In this document: piece by piece, positions 41,139 to 57,886 of the stretch
Position numbering within the stretch: position 1 is the first letter of the stretch
Layout: every line of letters starts with the position of its first letter
Assembly: GCF_009914755.1 (NCBI RefSeq)
Contig: NC_060926.1
Source of the DNA: the human T2T-CHM13v2.0 reference genome, Homo sapiens
Reading direction: 5' to 3' (one strand)
Length of the DNA stretch: 64,000 nt
Position numbers and translations under genes: made by a program
Notes under the pieces: model-generated
Told to the model about the DNA's origin: nothing
Seen by the model: only the letters and a program-made list of their open reading frames with translations
Database searches by the model: none

Positions 41139-42419
41139 TCAAGGCTATCCCTTCCTGCATTATTTTTTCTGGCAAAAGGCTGGAAATAATCCAAATATCC
41201 AGAAACAGAGAACTAGTTTAATAAACCATGATATATTTACATAATGGAATACTATGTAGCTATTTAAAAAAAATAAGGAAAACCTCTATATACTGATATG
41301 GACAAATCTCAAAAATATATGTATAACTAAAAAACTAAGCTGCAGAAGTCTATACAATAACACTATTTATTTTGTAAAAAGGAGAAAATAAGATAATATA
41401 TGCTCCTATTTGCATAAGAAAGCAATGGAAGAATAAACAACAAACGAATAAAATGGGGAAATAGAAGGAATGAGACAAAAAATGTTTGTTAGATCTATGA
41501 TTCATATCCTTTTCTTTCCACTTTTTAAATAAAATATTTCAAACCCACACAAGATAATTTACCTATATCATTTTTTATTTTCAAAATTACAGTAGATAAG
41601 ATTTCCAGGAGCTCAGGTTCCTCAGAATTACATATTTGATCTGATGATAACTAACAAACTCTTGAAATTTAATACAGGAATACTTAGCAAATGCTACACT
41701 CCCATTTAATTTCTCTCTATGGCTACTAATTTTTCTGTGGTGTGAATCTAATCAATCAGATAACAAATCAGCATAACCTCCACTGGAAGAGCTTCAATGA
41801 AAATTGTTGTCTATTTAACTCAAACAAAATCAAACACAGAGCCCATTGCTAGCTAACTGAACCAAATCAACATTGTCTTATTAGCCACAGATTCTTCATA
41901 ATTTTTTCATTTTTCCAGTTTGCTTGATAACTCAATGAGGACATTTTTTAAAAACAAGTTTCTCTTTATCAAACCACAAAAAAATTTATTCTCCTATTCC
42001 ATATTGTAATGAAACTTATTTAACATTATCCACCCCTTTTTACCCAAATGTACAATTTCAACTTTTTGCTAAATGTTAAGCTTTATTTATATAACATGCA
42101 CTCAGATCATAATGCTTTCATCATTAGAGTTACTATTCTTAAACCTGCAAACTTTTGACAGCACTACAAAGAACACTGAGGAATGACAGGCTTTTTAAAA
42201 ATTATTTTAGATTACACTTCTGACTGATGAAGAGAAAGAAGAACTATAAAGTTATATGTAGTTATAAAAAACATTTCTGATATGTAGAGGCTTTTGAAAT
42301 TTTCATTAGTTTTATTTTCTCTCAAAAAGAAGTCATATTTTTAAGACAGTTAATCTGCAAATCAGTTAATTAATTCCCAGATAATTAACAGTTGGTGATA
42401 CAATTTTTTAATTCTTCTA

Positions 42420-44065
<1,646 letters not shown>

Positions 44066-45619
44066 TTAATAAAGCCACTAAAGTGACATCATTATAATGT
44101 ATAAACCTGTATATAACATGTTAACTGAAAAAGCAAGACACATAATAATCATCTAATATTTAATATAATAACATGCATATAAAAAAGTTAAGAGGAAATA
44201 TAAAAATATAAAAGTGGTGGAAAGGTAATAGAATTAAGTTATTTGTTGTTGTTTCTTCTTAAGTCATTCTATTACATTTATAATTAAAATATAAAAATGT
44301 CATTTTTAAAAGGGCACTACTATTAAAAAATAAGCATGAGCAATGGGAATGTTCTTCCCCTCAGTGATTGTCAAGGACGGAGTATATCACAATCACCTGA
44401 AGGGCTTTTATATATTTATTTCCTATCTCCTCCTCCTTTCTCTGCTCCACCCCAAAATAACCCCTCCCAGGATTGATTATTGATAAGTATTATATCCCTT
44501 AGATATGTGGGACCAGGAAAAGGAAACAAAAAAAATAGGCTAACCACTAAACTAACAAAACTCAAAAAATAGAAATACTTAAGTCCACATAGCAAACCCA
44601 AGGGTAAAGGTGGAAGATGACTCACACTTGAGTGACCAATGCCTAGCAGGTACCATGGCACCCCATCTACATTGGAGGAAGAGTATGAAAAGAAAAAAGA
44701 GAGAGAGAGAGAGAAAGCATCATTCATGCTACCTGCTAGGCAGTAGTCCTAGCTTGGTACCTTGCATTGTACCATGAAGGATGCTTTATCTTCATTTTTC
44801 TAATCACTTTTTAGATGAGAAAAAATTGCCCACTTGGGTGGTAAGTTGCTTATAAAAATAAATTGATTTAATTTATTAAAGAGAGCCATGGACCTATAAT
44901 GAGAAAGTGTCACGAACCAAGGATTATGATTAACTGATCTCTGTAAAGATGAATTAATGGGAGAGGGTGCTGGATGGAAAAATAAGAGCCATGTGGTCAA
45001 AGGCACAGAAGTAGTAAGTGGATGCCACATCCCCATATTCACTTATCAAATGACCTTAAATAAAACAGCCTTTTGAAAATATCCCCCTCAATTTGTTTCT
45101 TGTTTATAAAGAGCTAGCTTTATAAACAAACAACTTAAAAAAGCAAGACAGAAAATTATTCCTACACCCATAAGTAAAGCTTTGTAATAATAAAATATAT
45201 AAGGCAAAGTTCTAGAAGGAAAAGCACCAAAACAACAGCAGCTGTGTTATAGAATTGTAAGCAATTTTTAATCTAGTTTCCAAATTCCATATGTTGACAT
45301 ACTGTTTTAACAGTGAAAAAGGTAACTGTATCATTAATATACTTTATGTTACATAAGACTGAGTAGTATGACACAAAATAATTCCAGAAGACAATAATCA
45401 GTCCCTAAAGTTATTTACCAAGATCAAATATAGGAATCAAATCATTCTTATGATACAGGAATTGAGCCAAAAAGAGAAAAACTTTCGCTGAAAACTAGAG
45501 CAAACTTCCCTGGGTGAGAATACTAAATGAAGGAAGTTAGGCTAGCTAGCAAAAATCACATAAACTCAATAACAGGGTTTTCAATGTTACATTTCTGCCA
45601 CAAATAAGGAACATAAATC

Positions 45620-46915
45620 ATGATAAGGAGATCAAAATAAATCAACCAGGAATCTGGGTTTTTTAAAAAATAAAAAAAGCAGTCAACAAATGGTGTTGGA
45701 ACAACTGGATATCCACATGCTAAAGAATGAAACTGGACACTCCTCCTTACATTGTAAACAAAAATTAACTCAAAATGAATCACAGATCTAAATGTAAAAG
45801 ATAAAATTATATAACACTTAGAAAAAATATAGGAGCAAATCTTCATGATCATGCATTACGCAAAAGTTTCCTAAATATAACATCAAAAGCATGAAACAAA
45901 ATAAGAAAAAAAATGATAACTGGAATTAATTTAAATTAAAAACTTTTGTGCAGCAAAAGCTAAGAACATGAAAGATATCAAAAAATGGAAAAGACAAATC
46001 ACAGAATAGGATATAGTATTACAAATCATATATCTGATAACAGGACATATTCAGAATACATAGAGAACTCCTACAACTCAACCAAAAAAAGAAAAGCAAA
46101 TAACCCAATTTAAAAACGGGCAAAGGATCCAAAAGGGATAAACAATGACCAATAAGCACATGAAAAGAACAGCTATTACGGGAATGCAAATCAAAACTAC
46201 AATGAAATGCAACTTCACACCCACAAGGATGGCAAAGTAAAAAAGATGATAACAAGTGTTGACAAGGATGTGGAAAAATTGGAACCCTGATACATTGCTA
46301 CAGGAATGTAAAATGGCGCATGCACTTTGGAAAAACAGTCTAGCAGTTCCTCATAATGTTAAACATAGAGTTACCTTACAGCCTAGAAATTCCACTCCTA
46401 GGTACATACTCAACAAAAATGAAAACATATGTCTCTACAAAAACTAGTATACAAATGGCCATGGCAGCATTGTTCCACAGCCCCAAAATGGAAACAACCC
46501 AAATGTCCATCAACTGATGAACAAATAAAATGTGGTATATCCACACAATGGAATATTATTCATCGATAAAAAGAAATTAAGTACTGATACATGCTACCAC
46601 ATAGATGAACCTTGAAAACATTCAGTTACCAAAAAAACCCATATTGTTTGATTCCATTTATACAAAATGTCCCGATGTCCAGAACAGCCAAACCCATGAA
46701 GAAAAGTAGTGATTGCCTAGGGAGAGAGAGGGAACAGAATGAAGAGACCACTAATGGGTACAAGGTTTCTTTTTGAGTAATGAAAATTTTCTAAAATTAG
46801 GTTGTGGTGATTGCTGCACAACTCTGCGAATATACATACCCAAAACCATTTAATTGTATACTTTAAATGGGTAAATTGTATGATACATGAATTATATCTC
46901 AATATAGTTGTTTTT
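45620..46915 (+). mobile_element. L1MB-like ORF2 end and 3' UTR
   Basis: caacaaatggtgttggaacaactggatatccacatgc...gaattatatctcaat. Confidence 0.9.
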
Positions 46916-48341
46916 TAATGGCAATGTATTTCAATATTAAATTTTAAGTTTGAAAACAAAATCTTAAACAACAATTAGACTGAATGTTAATTGCTATTAC
47001 CCAGAGTACCAAGTGAAGAAATGACTTCTACTGAGTAAGTGATATAAAGGAAAAGTAGAGATATAGGGATGGGATTTGAAAAATGAAAACAGGGAGCTAT
47101 TGTTCATAAATGATTTGTCATCAAAATTTTAGTATTTATAACACAAAGCAGGAATGAACATTATTTTAAAAACAGGACAGGCAGGCTTTAACATCTTACA
47201 GGCCTCTTTCCAAAATTAGGACTCACAGATAACAAAATAATTTTTAAGGTAAAGACAAAGAGAGAGATAGCTACTTTCCCAAAAGAGTTTGCTAGGCAAC
47301 ACCCTCTTTATGTGTGGATATGCTTGGGCCTTTCAGAATTACAATGAAAAAGAAGAGGTGGTATATCCTTATGATAGATGGGAATCTACCAACATTGCAT
47401 GTACAGCTCAAAACTAAAGTAATAACAGTAATATAATGAAAAAGTCAAGCCACTGTGACTCCTCAAACAAAAAGGAGTAAGACTGGAAAAAATAATCCGT
47501 ATCATAGCAAAGAAAGAAAGCAAGTAATGATACACAAATAATAGCTGGCAAAGGAAAGAGTCTGGTTAGGCAATACAGCCAAGTGGATTTTTTTGAAGAG
47601 CAGGTATTTTAGGGATAGATATACTAATCTAATATCTGCTCTCAATTTACTTTCTGTGTTCGTTAGTTTCTCTTCAGCTAGAAAACCCATCTCACGAACA
47701 GTTAAGAATCTGGTGCCTTTACAATGTTACCTCAAAAGATGAAGAAAGAGGAAAGACATACTATGAAGAAGAAAAGTTCGAGGTTTACAACTGAGAGTAG
47801 TTAAGGCAAGAGAGCTACTGCCTTAATCAAACCTGTTTCATGATAGTGATGAAAAACAGGAGATAATGACAATAGAGGCACATCCCAAGTAAGGCATGGG
47901 ATCTGAAACATCAAGTCTGTGCATGCTGCTGCCTCTGAACGGGATAAGGAAAAAAGGTGAGATCATCCCCTATGAATATGGGTAGGGACAGCTAGACTAA
48001 AGACAAAGGCAGTGGGTACTCCTTGTATTATAGGATATTCAAGTGAATGAACCCTGGGTCTGACAGTAAGACTCAGTGTAATCTGCTAAAAAAAAAAAAA
48101 AAAAAAAAAGTTGAGATCAAAAATGATGAGCCCATAATAATCATATAGGAAGTCAAGAAAAGCAAGTAAAACTGGTAATGAGTCTCAAACTTTCTTTTTT
48201 TTACAGTGTCCCCTTAGGGCAAAAGACCTCTTAATCCATCTATCTACACAAAACCCCACTTTTCAGTGAAAAAACTCAGTAACAACAATGAAACAAGTTT
48301 TAGGGAGACTGGGTAACTTATATTTAAACCGTAATGTATAT

Positions 48342-48890
<549 letters not shown>

Positions 48891-49025
48891 ACCATTGACC
48901 CTTAAGAGCTGAAGAAAATGGGAATTGAGAAAAGCACAATGGTCCTGATCATAAGGCAATGGGGGTTGGTGGAGAGACAGGCAACTGTGTGGAAGAACTG
49001 GTCCAAAAAAGGGAGCTAAAAGTCA

Positions 49026-49335
<310 letters not shown>

Positions 49336-49381
49336 TTAGGTTGGTGCAAAAGTAATTGCGGTTTTTGCCATTGCTTTTAAT
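49336..49381 (+). mobile_element. Half MADE1 (Hsmar1-derived mariner MITE)
   Basis: ttaggttggtgcaaaagtaattgcggtttttgccatt is one Hsmar1 TIR. Confidence 0.9.
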
Positions 49382-49794
49382 AAATAAAGAGACAAAAGGC
49401 AAACTACTAAGGATAGTTATGACCAGGGGTGGTACTGGCAGAAATGTGCTAACAATGTGTCCTGGAGAAGGAAGCTGTGCAAGTGGAGAGGAGGAGTAAT
49501 TTCCAGCCTGCCCTCCAATTAGTCTTTCCTGAGTCAACTTACCCCAAGAAAACGCAAGCAGTGAGTAATAACTTTTCTGATGGGAGGGGCAGTGACCCAA
49601 GACTGTGCAAGGAGGGTAGGATAGTTATCTATGTATTGGCTGCATGATCAGAATGCATAACAGTAAGGGATAAGGATGAGTTGGTTCTAGGACACCAGTA
49701 ACATGAGGGGAAGGGGGAAAGTAGTTCAAAACTGGGCTTAGTGAGTAGTTACCAACAGTAAGTACAGGTAGCCGATAATCCCCAGCTGAGGCAA

Positions 49795-50030
49795 AACAGT
49801 GGTTAAGTGTCTGGGTCCAGGCTATCCGAGTAGGAATCTGAGTCCCCCACTTTATTTTCTCTGTGACCTTGGGCAAGTCACTTAACCTATCTGTGCCCTG
49901 TCTGTAAAAGGAGAGTAATAGAACCTACCTAATACGGTTGTTTTGTAGCTTAAATAAGTTGCATTTGTAAATCACTTTATACAACGTCTTGGACTTTATG
50001 TAACAAGTGCTACCTAAATTTGTTAAATAA
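49795..50030 (+). mobile_element. MIR
   Basis: ctgtgaccttgggcaagtcacttaacctatctgtgcc...ctgtaaaa. Confidence 0.8.
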
Positions 50031-50735
50031 GTTGAGGTAAGTAGGGATTTCTTTTGACATCTCCAAATAAAATGGAGATGTGCGTGCAAAAAAAAATGAT
50101 AACTGGGGGGCGGCAGCAGGGTCAGTTTTCCCCAGCGATGAGGAGGCTGCACCGTGGGCGAGGGTCGTCCTCGTAACAGGGAGGCAGGGATAAAGGAGCA
50201 GCGGCTCCCAGGAGAGGGGCGCGGGTTGGGGAAACTTCCATCCAGGCCTAGGATTTCCAGGGACTCGTTTCTGAGAAGTGGCTGTGATTCTGAGGCAAGA
50301 CTTTGATTTCGAGCACTAGACCATGGAGTGAAATTCTGTGTTGTCTGAAGAGCAGGACTCCTGTCTAGGGCAGGACGTAGTTAGAGACGGAGGGAGAAGG
50401 GTGATGTCCCCAGGGGGAAGATCTGCCGGGAGCCACCACCATCTGTCGGGCGCCCTCTCGTTCCCCAGCGCCGGACCAGCCTCGGAGGGAGAACGAAGGC
50501 TGCTCCTGCCCCGAGGGAGGCAGCGGGAGGGTCCTGAGTCACTGGGCTGTAGGGCGCCGGGAAGGGACCCCGCGTCGGGGCTGCGAAGGGAGACCCGCCT
50601 CGCCCGGTATGCAGGGTCTCTCCGAAGGGAGGGGCCGGCGCCGGACCTGGGGACAGCCGGCCGGAGGCCCGACCCAGAGGAGCCTGCCCCGTCCCGCCCG
50701 TTCCCGCCCCTCTGTGGTCCCGGCACCCGGGGTAC

Positions 50736-50848
50736 CTGAGCGTGGGCCCGATGCAGGCCGTGTCAGTGCTCTCGATCTCTCGCAGGATCCGCTCGTGCTC
50801 TGCCGCTGTCTCCAGGCTCTCCGCCTCCGCCATCTTACCCCGCTCCAT
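50736..50848 (-). CDS. EXOC6B: EXOC6B (exocyst complex component 6B / SEC15B) coding exon 1, 113 nt, ends in phase 2
   Basis: The minus strand translates to MERGKMAEAESLETAAEHERILREIESTDTACIGPTL+AG, the N-terminus of EXOC6B as I recall it. ATG is at 50848-50846, donor CAG|GTACCC with GT at 50735-50734, inside a CpG island. Confidence 0.95.
50827..50836 (-). promoter_or_regulatory. YY1-type motif AAGATGGCGG overlapping the second ATG (Met6)
   Basis: Matches the YY1 consensus, which often overlaps start codons in CpG-island genes. Confidence 0.5.
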
Positions 50849-50987
50849 AGACTGGGGGCGCCCCGCAGCGCGTCCCCTCCGTCGGCTCGGCTCACCTTTT
50901 CCCTGCCCCACAATGCCGCTCCCACCACAGGCTCCACAGCCGCCCCAGCCTCTGGCTACCCGCAGGCCGACCCCTCCCTCAGGCTCG

Positions 50988-51005
50988 ACACGCCCCCTTG
51001 CGTCA
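50988..51005 (-). promoter_or_regulatory. CRE/CEBP-like TGACGCAA next to an SP/KLF box GGGGGCGTGT
   Basis: Direct motif matches in the proximal promoter (50998-51005 and 50988-50997). Confidence 0.55.
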
Positions 51006-51035
51006 CCGCGTCCGTCGGCGTTCTGCGTAATGTCC

Positions 51036-51067
51036 GCTGGGATTTGTAGTTCTCTGGGAAATGCTAG
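51036..51067 (-). promoter_or_regulatory. ZNF143/THAP11-HCFC1-type motif ACTACAAATCCCAGC plus a second degenerate copy
   Basis: The minus strand reads CTAGCATTTCCCAGAGAACTACAAATCCCAGC, matching the ACTACAnnTCCCA promoter motif. Confidence 0.75.
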
Positions 51068-51776
51068 GTTGGATTCCATTCATTCATACATGGAATCCGC
51101 AAATACTAGTTGAAGCCCACTGTAAGCAAAAACAGTTAACGACAGTGCGTAAACAGTGATGATCAAGTCAGGCAGTGGCACTAAACCTACAAATTCTTGT
51201 TTACCACCTTTGCCACAAAGTGCCAAGGCTCCGTCGGCGCGAATAATAAAGTCTAACTTAATGTCTGACAGAGGCCTTACAGTCTAGTGGGGGAGACACG
51301 GGGAGCTGGAGAATTCAAAACTGTGAGCTGTAAGCCAGTTCCGATAATGGAGTTCAGAGATCTCTTCTGGTTGCCAAGGCTTCATAAAGACACTGGGTTT
51401 CGGAGGTTAAAAGGCATAACTGGAAGGTGTGAGGAGAATCCAGACAGCCAAAAAGAATTTCATTTGCACTGACGTGTAAAGACGTAGTAGTAAGGGATGG
51501 GTCTGGAAAGGTTCGCTGGAGAGAAATTACGAGGAGCCTTAAATACTGGGCTGATAAATGTGTACTTTGTTCTAATGGTTCCACTGATCCAACAACCAAC
51601 TGCAACAGAAGCACCTGGAAACATTTTTTTTTAATACAGACTGACTGACAGTCATACATCTGGAGATTCTGATCCAGGCATCTGCATTTCATGAACTCAT
51701 CAGTTACAATTTAAAAATCGGATTTATTAATCATTGCTTGAGTTTTTACGTAACACAATGAATGGGAAGGCACTGA

Positions 51777-52246
<470 letters not shown>

Positions 52247-53531
52247 GTGCAGGTTTTTAAGAGGAGTGACACAATCAAAATGTGGGCGTTAGGAAATTTG
52301 GTGAAGGGCAAGTGTGCAAGATGTGCAGAGACAGAGAATTTGGAGATAAGGCAACACTGTAGGAGATGAGAAGGCCTAAACCAGGGAAGCAGCAATGAGA
52401 ATGAAAAAGAATGAACAAGTAGGAAAAACATCAAAAAGAGAGAATTGACAGGATTTACTAGATACCAAAAAGGTTAGATATTACTCCAAGGTTTAGTACC
52501 AGAGTGACTAGTAGAAGAGAGTTTCCACTGACAAAAAAAAAAAGGCATGAGAGAAGAACCAAACTGGAAGTTTAGGCTAAATAATTTGTGCTACAACCAT
52601 ACTATAGACTATTATGCAATCATTAAAAAGAAAGACAAAAGACTCTATGGTCATACATGAAACTGTCTCCAAGTTGTAGTTGTTGAGTGGAAAAATGCAA
52701 GGCATGAAACAATATGTAGACTCTGTCCTCATTTGTTTTTTAAAAGAATAAATATTCATATATACGCTTTGATATATATACACACACACATATACATATA
52801 TATAATATTACATAGATAGAATCTGTCTGAAAAAATGCCCAAAAAACTGTTAACAGTAATGGCATCCAGGAAAAAAAAAATTGGAAAGAAGGAGTTTGAA
52901 GTAGTAAGAAGGTAATTTGTAATTATCATTTGCACTCTTGGAATTATTTTCCTTGTGCATGCACTGCTTTTTTAATAAAAATAGTAGTCATGACCTAAGA
53001 ATGCATTTTAAAAATAAACAAACCAGTAGTAAGGGGAATGGGTTACAAGTCCTGATTTGCCAAGAAGAGAGCAAGTTGATAAACCTGTCTGTCTCTAGAT
53101 AATCTCTGCCTGTCCTCGTTTTGTTTCATTACTCATGTTTAAACAATTCCAAACAGATGTAGGAGGGGTAGGGAGAGTATGGAGCCTTTTGTATTTCTAA
53201 AGATCTCTTGAAATACATGACCGAGGGTCCCTTCAGACACCCATTTTAGCATCTCACTCAGCAAGTTTTTCACCCATCCAGGCTGCTGCATAGACGACAT
53301 ACATTCAGCAGTAGTTAAACTAGCTTCTGCTACTGTCAGCAGTTTTTGTGAGCCTCCACAGAGGCCAGAGGCCACACATCTCAGCAACAGGAACAAGTCT
53401 GCAGTAAGCAGTATTGGAAACCTCCAGTGAAGATGGCAAGATGGCCTGTCTAATGTTTATGTCCTCCAAATAGAAAGAATGTGAGTCGCATTGATTCAGT
53501 TCCAGCATTAGTGGTTAAAATGTTTTGAGCA

Positions 53532-53830
53532 GGCTGGGCACAGTGGCTCATGCCTATAATCCCAGCACTTTGGGAGGCCGAGGCAGGTGGATCACTTGAG
53601 GTCAAGAGTTTGAGACCAGCCTGGCCAACATGGTGAAACCCTGTCTCTACTAAAAATATAAAAATTAGCTGTGCATGGTGGCAGGTGCCTGTAATCCTAG
53701 CTACTCAGGAGGCTGAGGCAGGAGAATCACTTGAACCTGGGAGAAGCAGGTTGCAGTGAGCCAAGATCACGCCACTGCACTCCCGCCTAGGTGACAGAGT
53801 GAGACTCCATCTCAAAAACAAACCAAAAAA
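53532..53830 (+). mobile_element. Alu (S-like) inserted in a MIR (to ~54060)
   Basis: Full dimer; the flank has ccattttacagataagaaagctga. Confidence 0.9.
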
Positions 53831-54423
53831 TGCACTGAGCACTTTCTGTGTGCCAAGCACAATATACAAAGTAAGTACTTCACATATATCAACCTCATTA
53901 AATCCTTACAACAATCCTTTGCAGTAAAAATCACGTGTCCCATTTTACAGATAAGAAAGCTGAAATATTAGGCAACACCCCACATCTCACATCCATTAAG
54001 TAATGAAGCTGGTATTCGAACCAGGTCAATCTGATTCAAAGGCCTATTTCCTAACCAGTAGCCCATGCTGCCCCACCCAGGCCCTTCACGGCCACGAGTT
54101 TATTATGTGACCATTCTGCCACTCTATCTCTGCTTCTACATTAATATAATGGATTGTATCATTTCTCAGAACCCTTCCAAAACACCTTGGAGACCTCTTC
54201 ACAAAACCACATCCCTCCACTTACCTAGAATGAACTGGTTTTCTCTTCTGCATGAGTAGATAGGCAGCATCAGCATTCTCACTGCTCTCCACTGCCACAT
54301 CTAGGCTGTTGTTTCAACACCCTGATTCCCTAACTCTCCTTTGAAGTCTAGGGCATCAGATTATGCCATAATTATCTACTAATGTCCATATTTCTCCGAA
54401 ATGTTACTTCTTGGCTCACAGTT

Positions 54424-55173
54424 TTAGGGACAGGAGGTAGGGAAATTCTGGGCAGAGGAGCACAGGTCCCCAGCAAGGGCCCCACCCTCAAGCCTGGAAC
54501 CACAGACCAAAGTGAGAACATATATCCCTGTTTTCTTGCTCGAATGTTGCCTTTTCCAAAGCCACCCATGGCCTGCCCCGCTCCCCATCCTGTGCCCATA
54601 AAAACCCCAGGCTCTACTGGCAGAGAGGAGAAGCAGCTGAACATCAGAGACTATGGTTGAACATTGGAGATAAGGGGCTTGACTTCAAAGGGACAGCTTG
54701 ATGGAGTAGCTCTGAAGGAAAATTACCTTCCTGCTCTGTCCCCTTTACAGCTCCCCTTCCCACTGAGAGCCATCTTCCTCAGCAATAAAATCTCCCACAT
54801 TTACCATCTTCAACTCTGTGTGACCTCATTCCTCCTGGATGCCGGGTGCAGGTGCAAAAGTCTGTCACACTGACCCTCCACTGAGCTGCTAACATTTAAG
54901 CTGTCCATGGATGACAAAGCTAAAAGGACACTGTAACACTTCCTCTGGGGCTTCAGGGGTCACGGGCTCCCTCCCCTAGATACTGCCACAGGACCAATAC
55001 GGAGTTGGGTCTTGCTGGTGCCCAAAGGTGCTCGTCCCAGCTCCTGCACACAGTCACCTGCCCTCTCCCTCCCACAATAGGTAGAGCAGCAAGTGAGTGG
55101 AGTTCACCCCTGCCAGTGCCCATGCACTCCAGTTCCCACCCACAAAGGGGTCAGGGAAATTTCCTTATTCAAC
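54424..55173 (+). mobile_element. MER50-like solo LTR (ERV1)
   Basis: agggacaggaggtagggaaattctgggcaga...ggccccaccctcaagcctggaacc; TATA-like cataaaaa and AATAAA present. Confidence 0.75.
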
Positions 55174-55337
55174 AGTTTTTCTCTCCACCCCATTCCTTAT
55201 CATGATCCCAAGGAATTTCAACATTGGGACTGTGTGTGCTGACCACTCTGACTTTACTGATCGATCCCAAGTATCCCAGCCAGGTTCCTGGTGCCACATG
55301 GACAATCCATTCATGGCTTCACCTTCTACCTTAATAT

Positions 55338-57258
<1,921 letters not shown>

Positions 57259-57570
57259 ATTCCATAAACACTGCTCTTCCCCCAGGACTATTAAATTCCT
57301 CTCTCTGACTCTTTTCTGTACACCTCTTCCTCTTTCTAATTTCTATGAGACCTGCACTTTAATCCTGATAATCCCTGATTTCTATATAATCATTAGTATC
57401 TTTTCCTTTTATCTAAGACAAATTTGGATGGAATTTCTTCTATCCAAAATTTCAATTCAGAGAAATCTGAGTTTGCTTCCTGGCTTCTCCATTAATCAGC
57501 GGGTGAGTTTGGGTAAGTTATACGGCTTCCTCAAGCTATAATTTTCTCAAACATAAAATGGAGTTTATAA

Positions 57571-57886
57571 GGCCGGGTGAGGTGTCTCACACCTGTGATC
57601 CCAGAGCTTTGGGAGGCTGAGGTGGGAGGATTGCTTGAGGCCAGGAGTTTGAGACCAGCCTGGACAACATAAAGAGACCCAATGTGCCTGGACAACATAG
57701 AGAGGCCCAATGGCTACAAAAAATTTTAAAGATTAGCCAGGAGTGGTGGTGCATGCCTGTAGTCCCAGCTCCTCTGGAGGCTGAGGCAGGAGGATCATTC
57801 GAGCCCAGGAGTTTGAGGCTGCCGTGAGTTATGATCACACCACGGCACTCCAGCCTGGGTGACAAAGGAAGACATTGTCTCAAAAA
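57571..57886 (+). mobile_element. Alu (J-like) with a small internal duplication, inside a MIR
   Basis: cctggacaacata...cccaatg occurs twice; TSD-like aatggag(t/c)ttataa. Confidence 0.9.

Larger units (their letters stand above)
50100..51070. promoter_or_regulatory. CpG island / TATA-less promoter and 5' UTR of EXOC6B
   Basis: The only GC- and CpG-dense unique region in the window; it spans exon 1. Confidence 0.9.

Noticed and set aside
49336-49381. miR-548-type microRNA hairpin
   Set aside because: Only one MADE1 arm is present, so no hairpin can form.
50316-51113. Several 120-232 aa ORFs on both strands of the CpG island
   Set aside because: GC-rich DNA is stop-poor; only the 113-nt exon matches a known protein, and the rest runs through intron or promoter.
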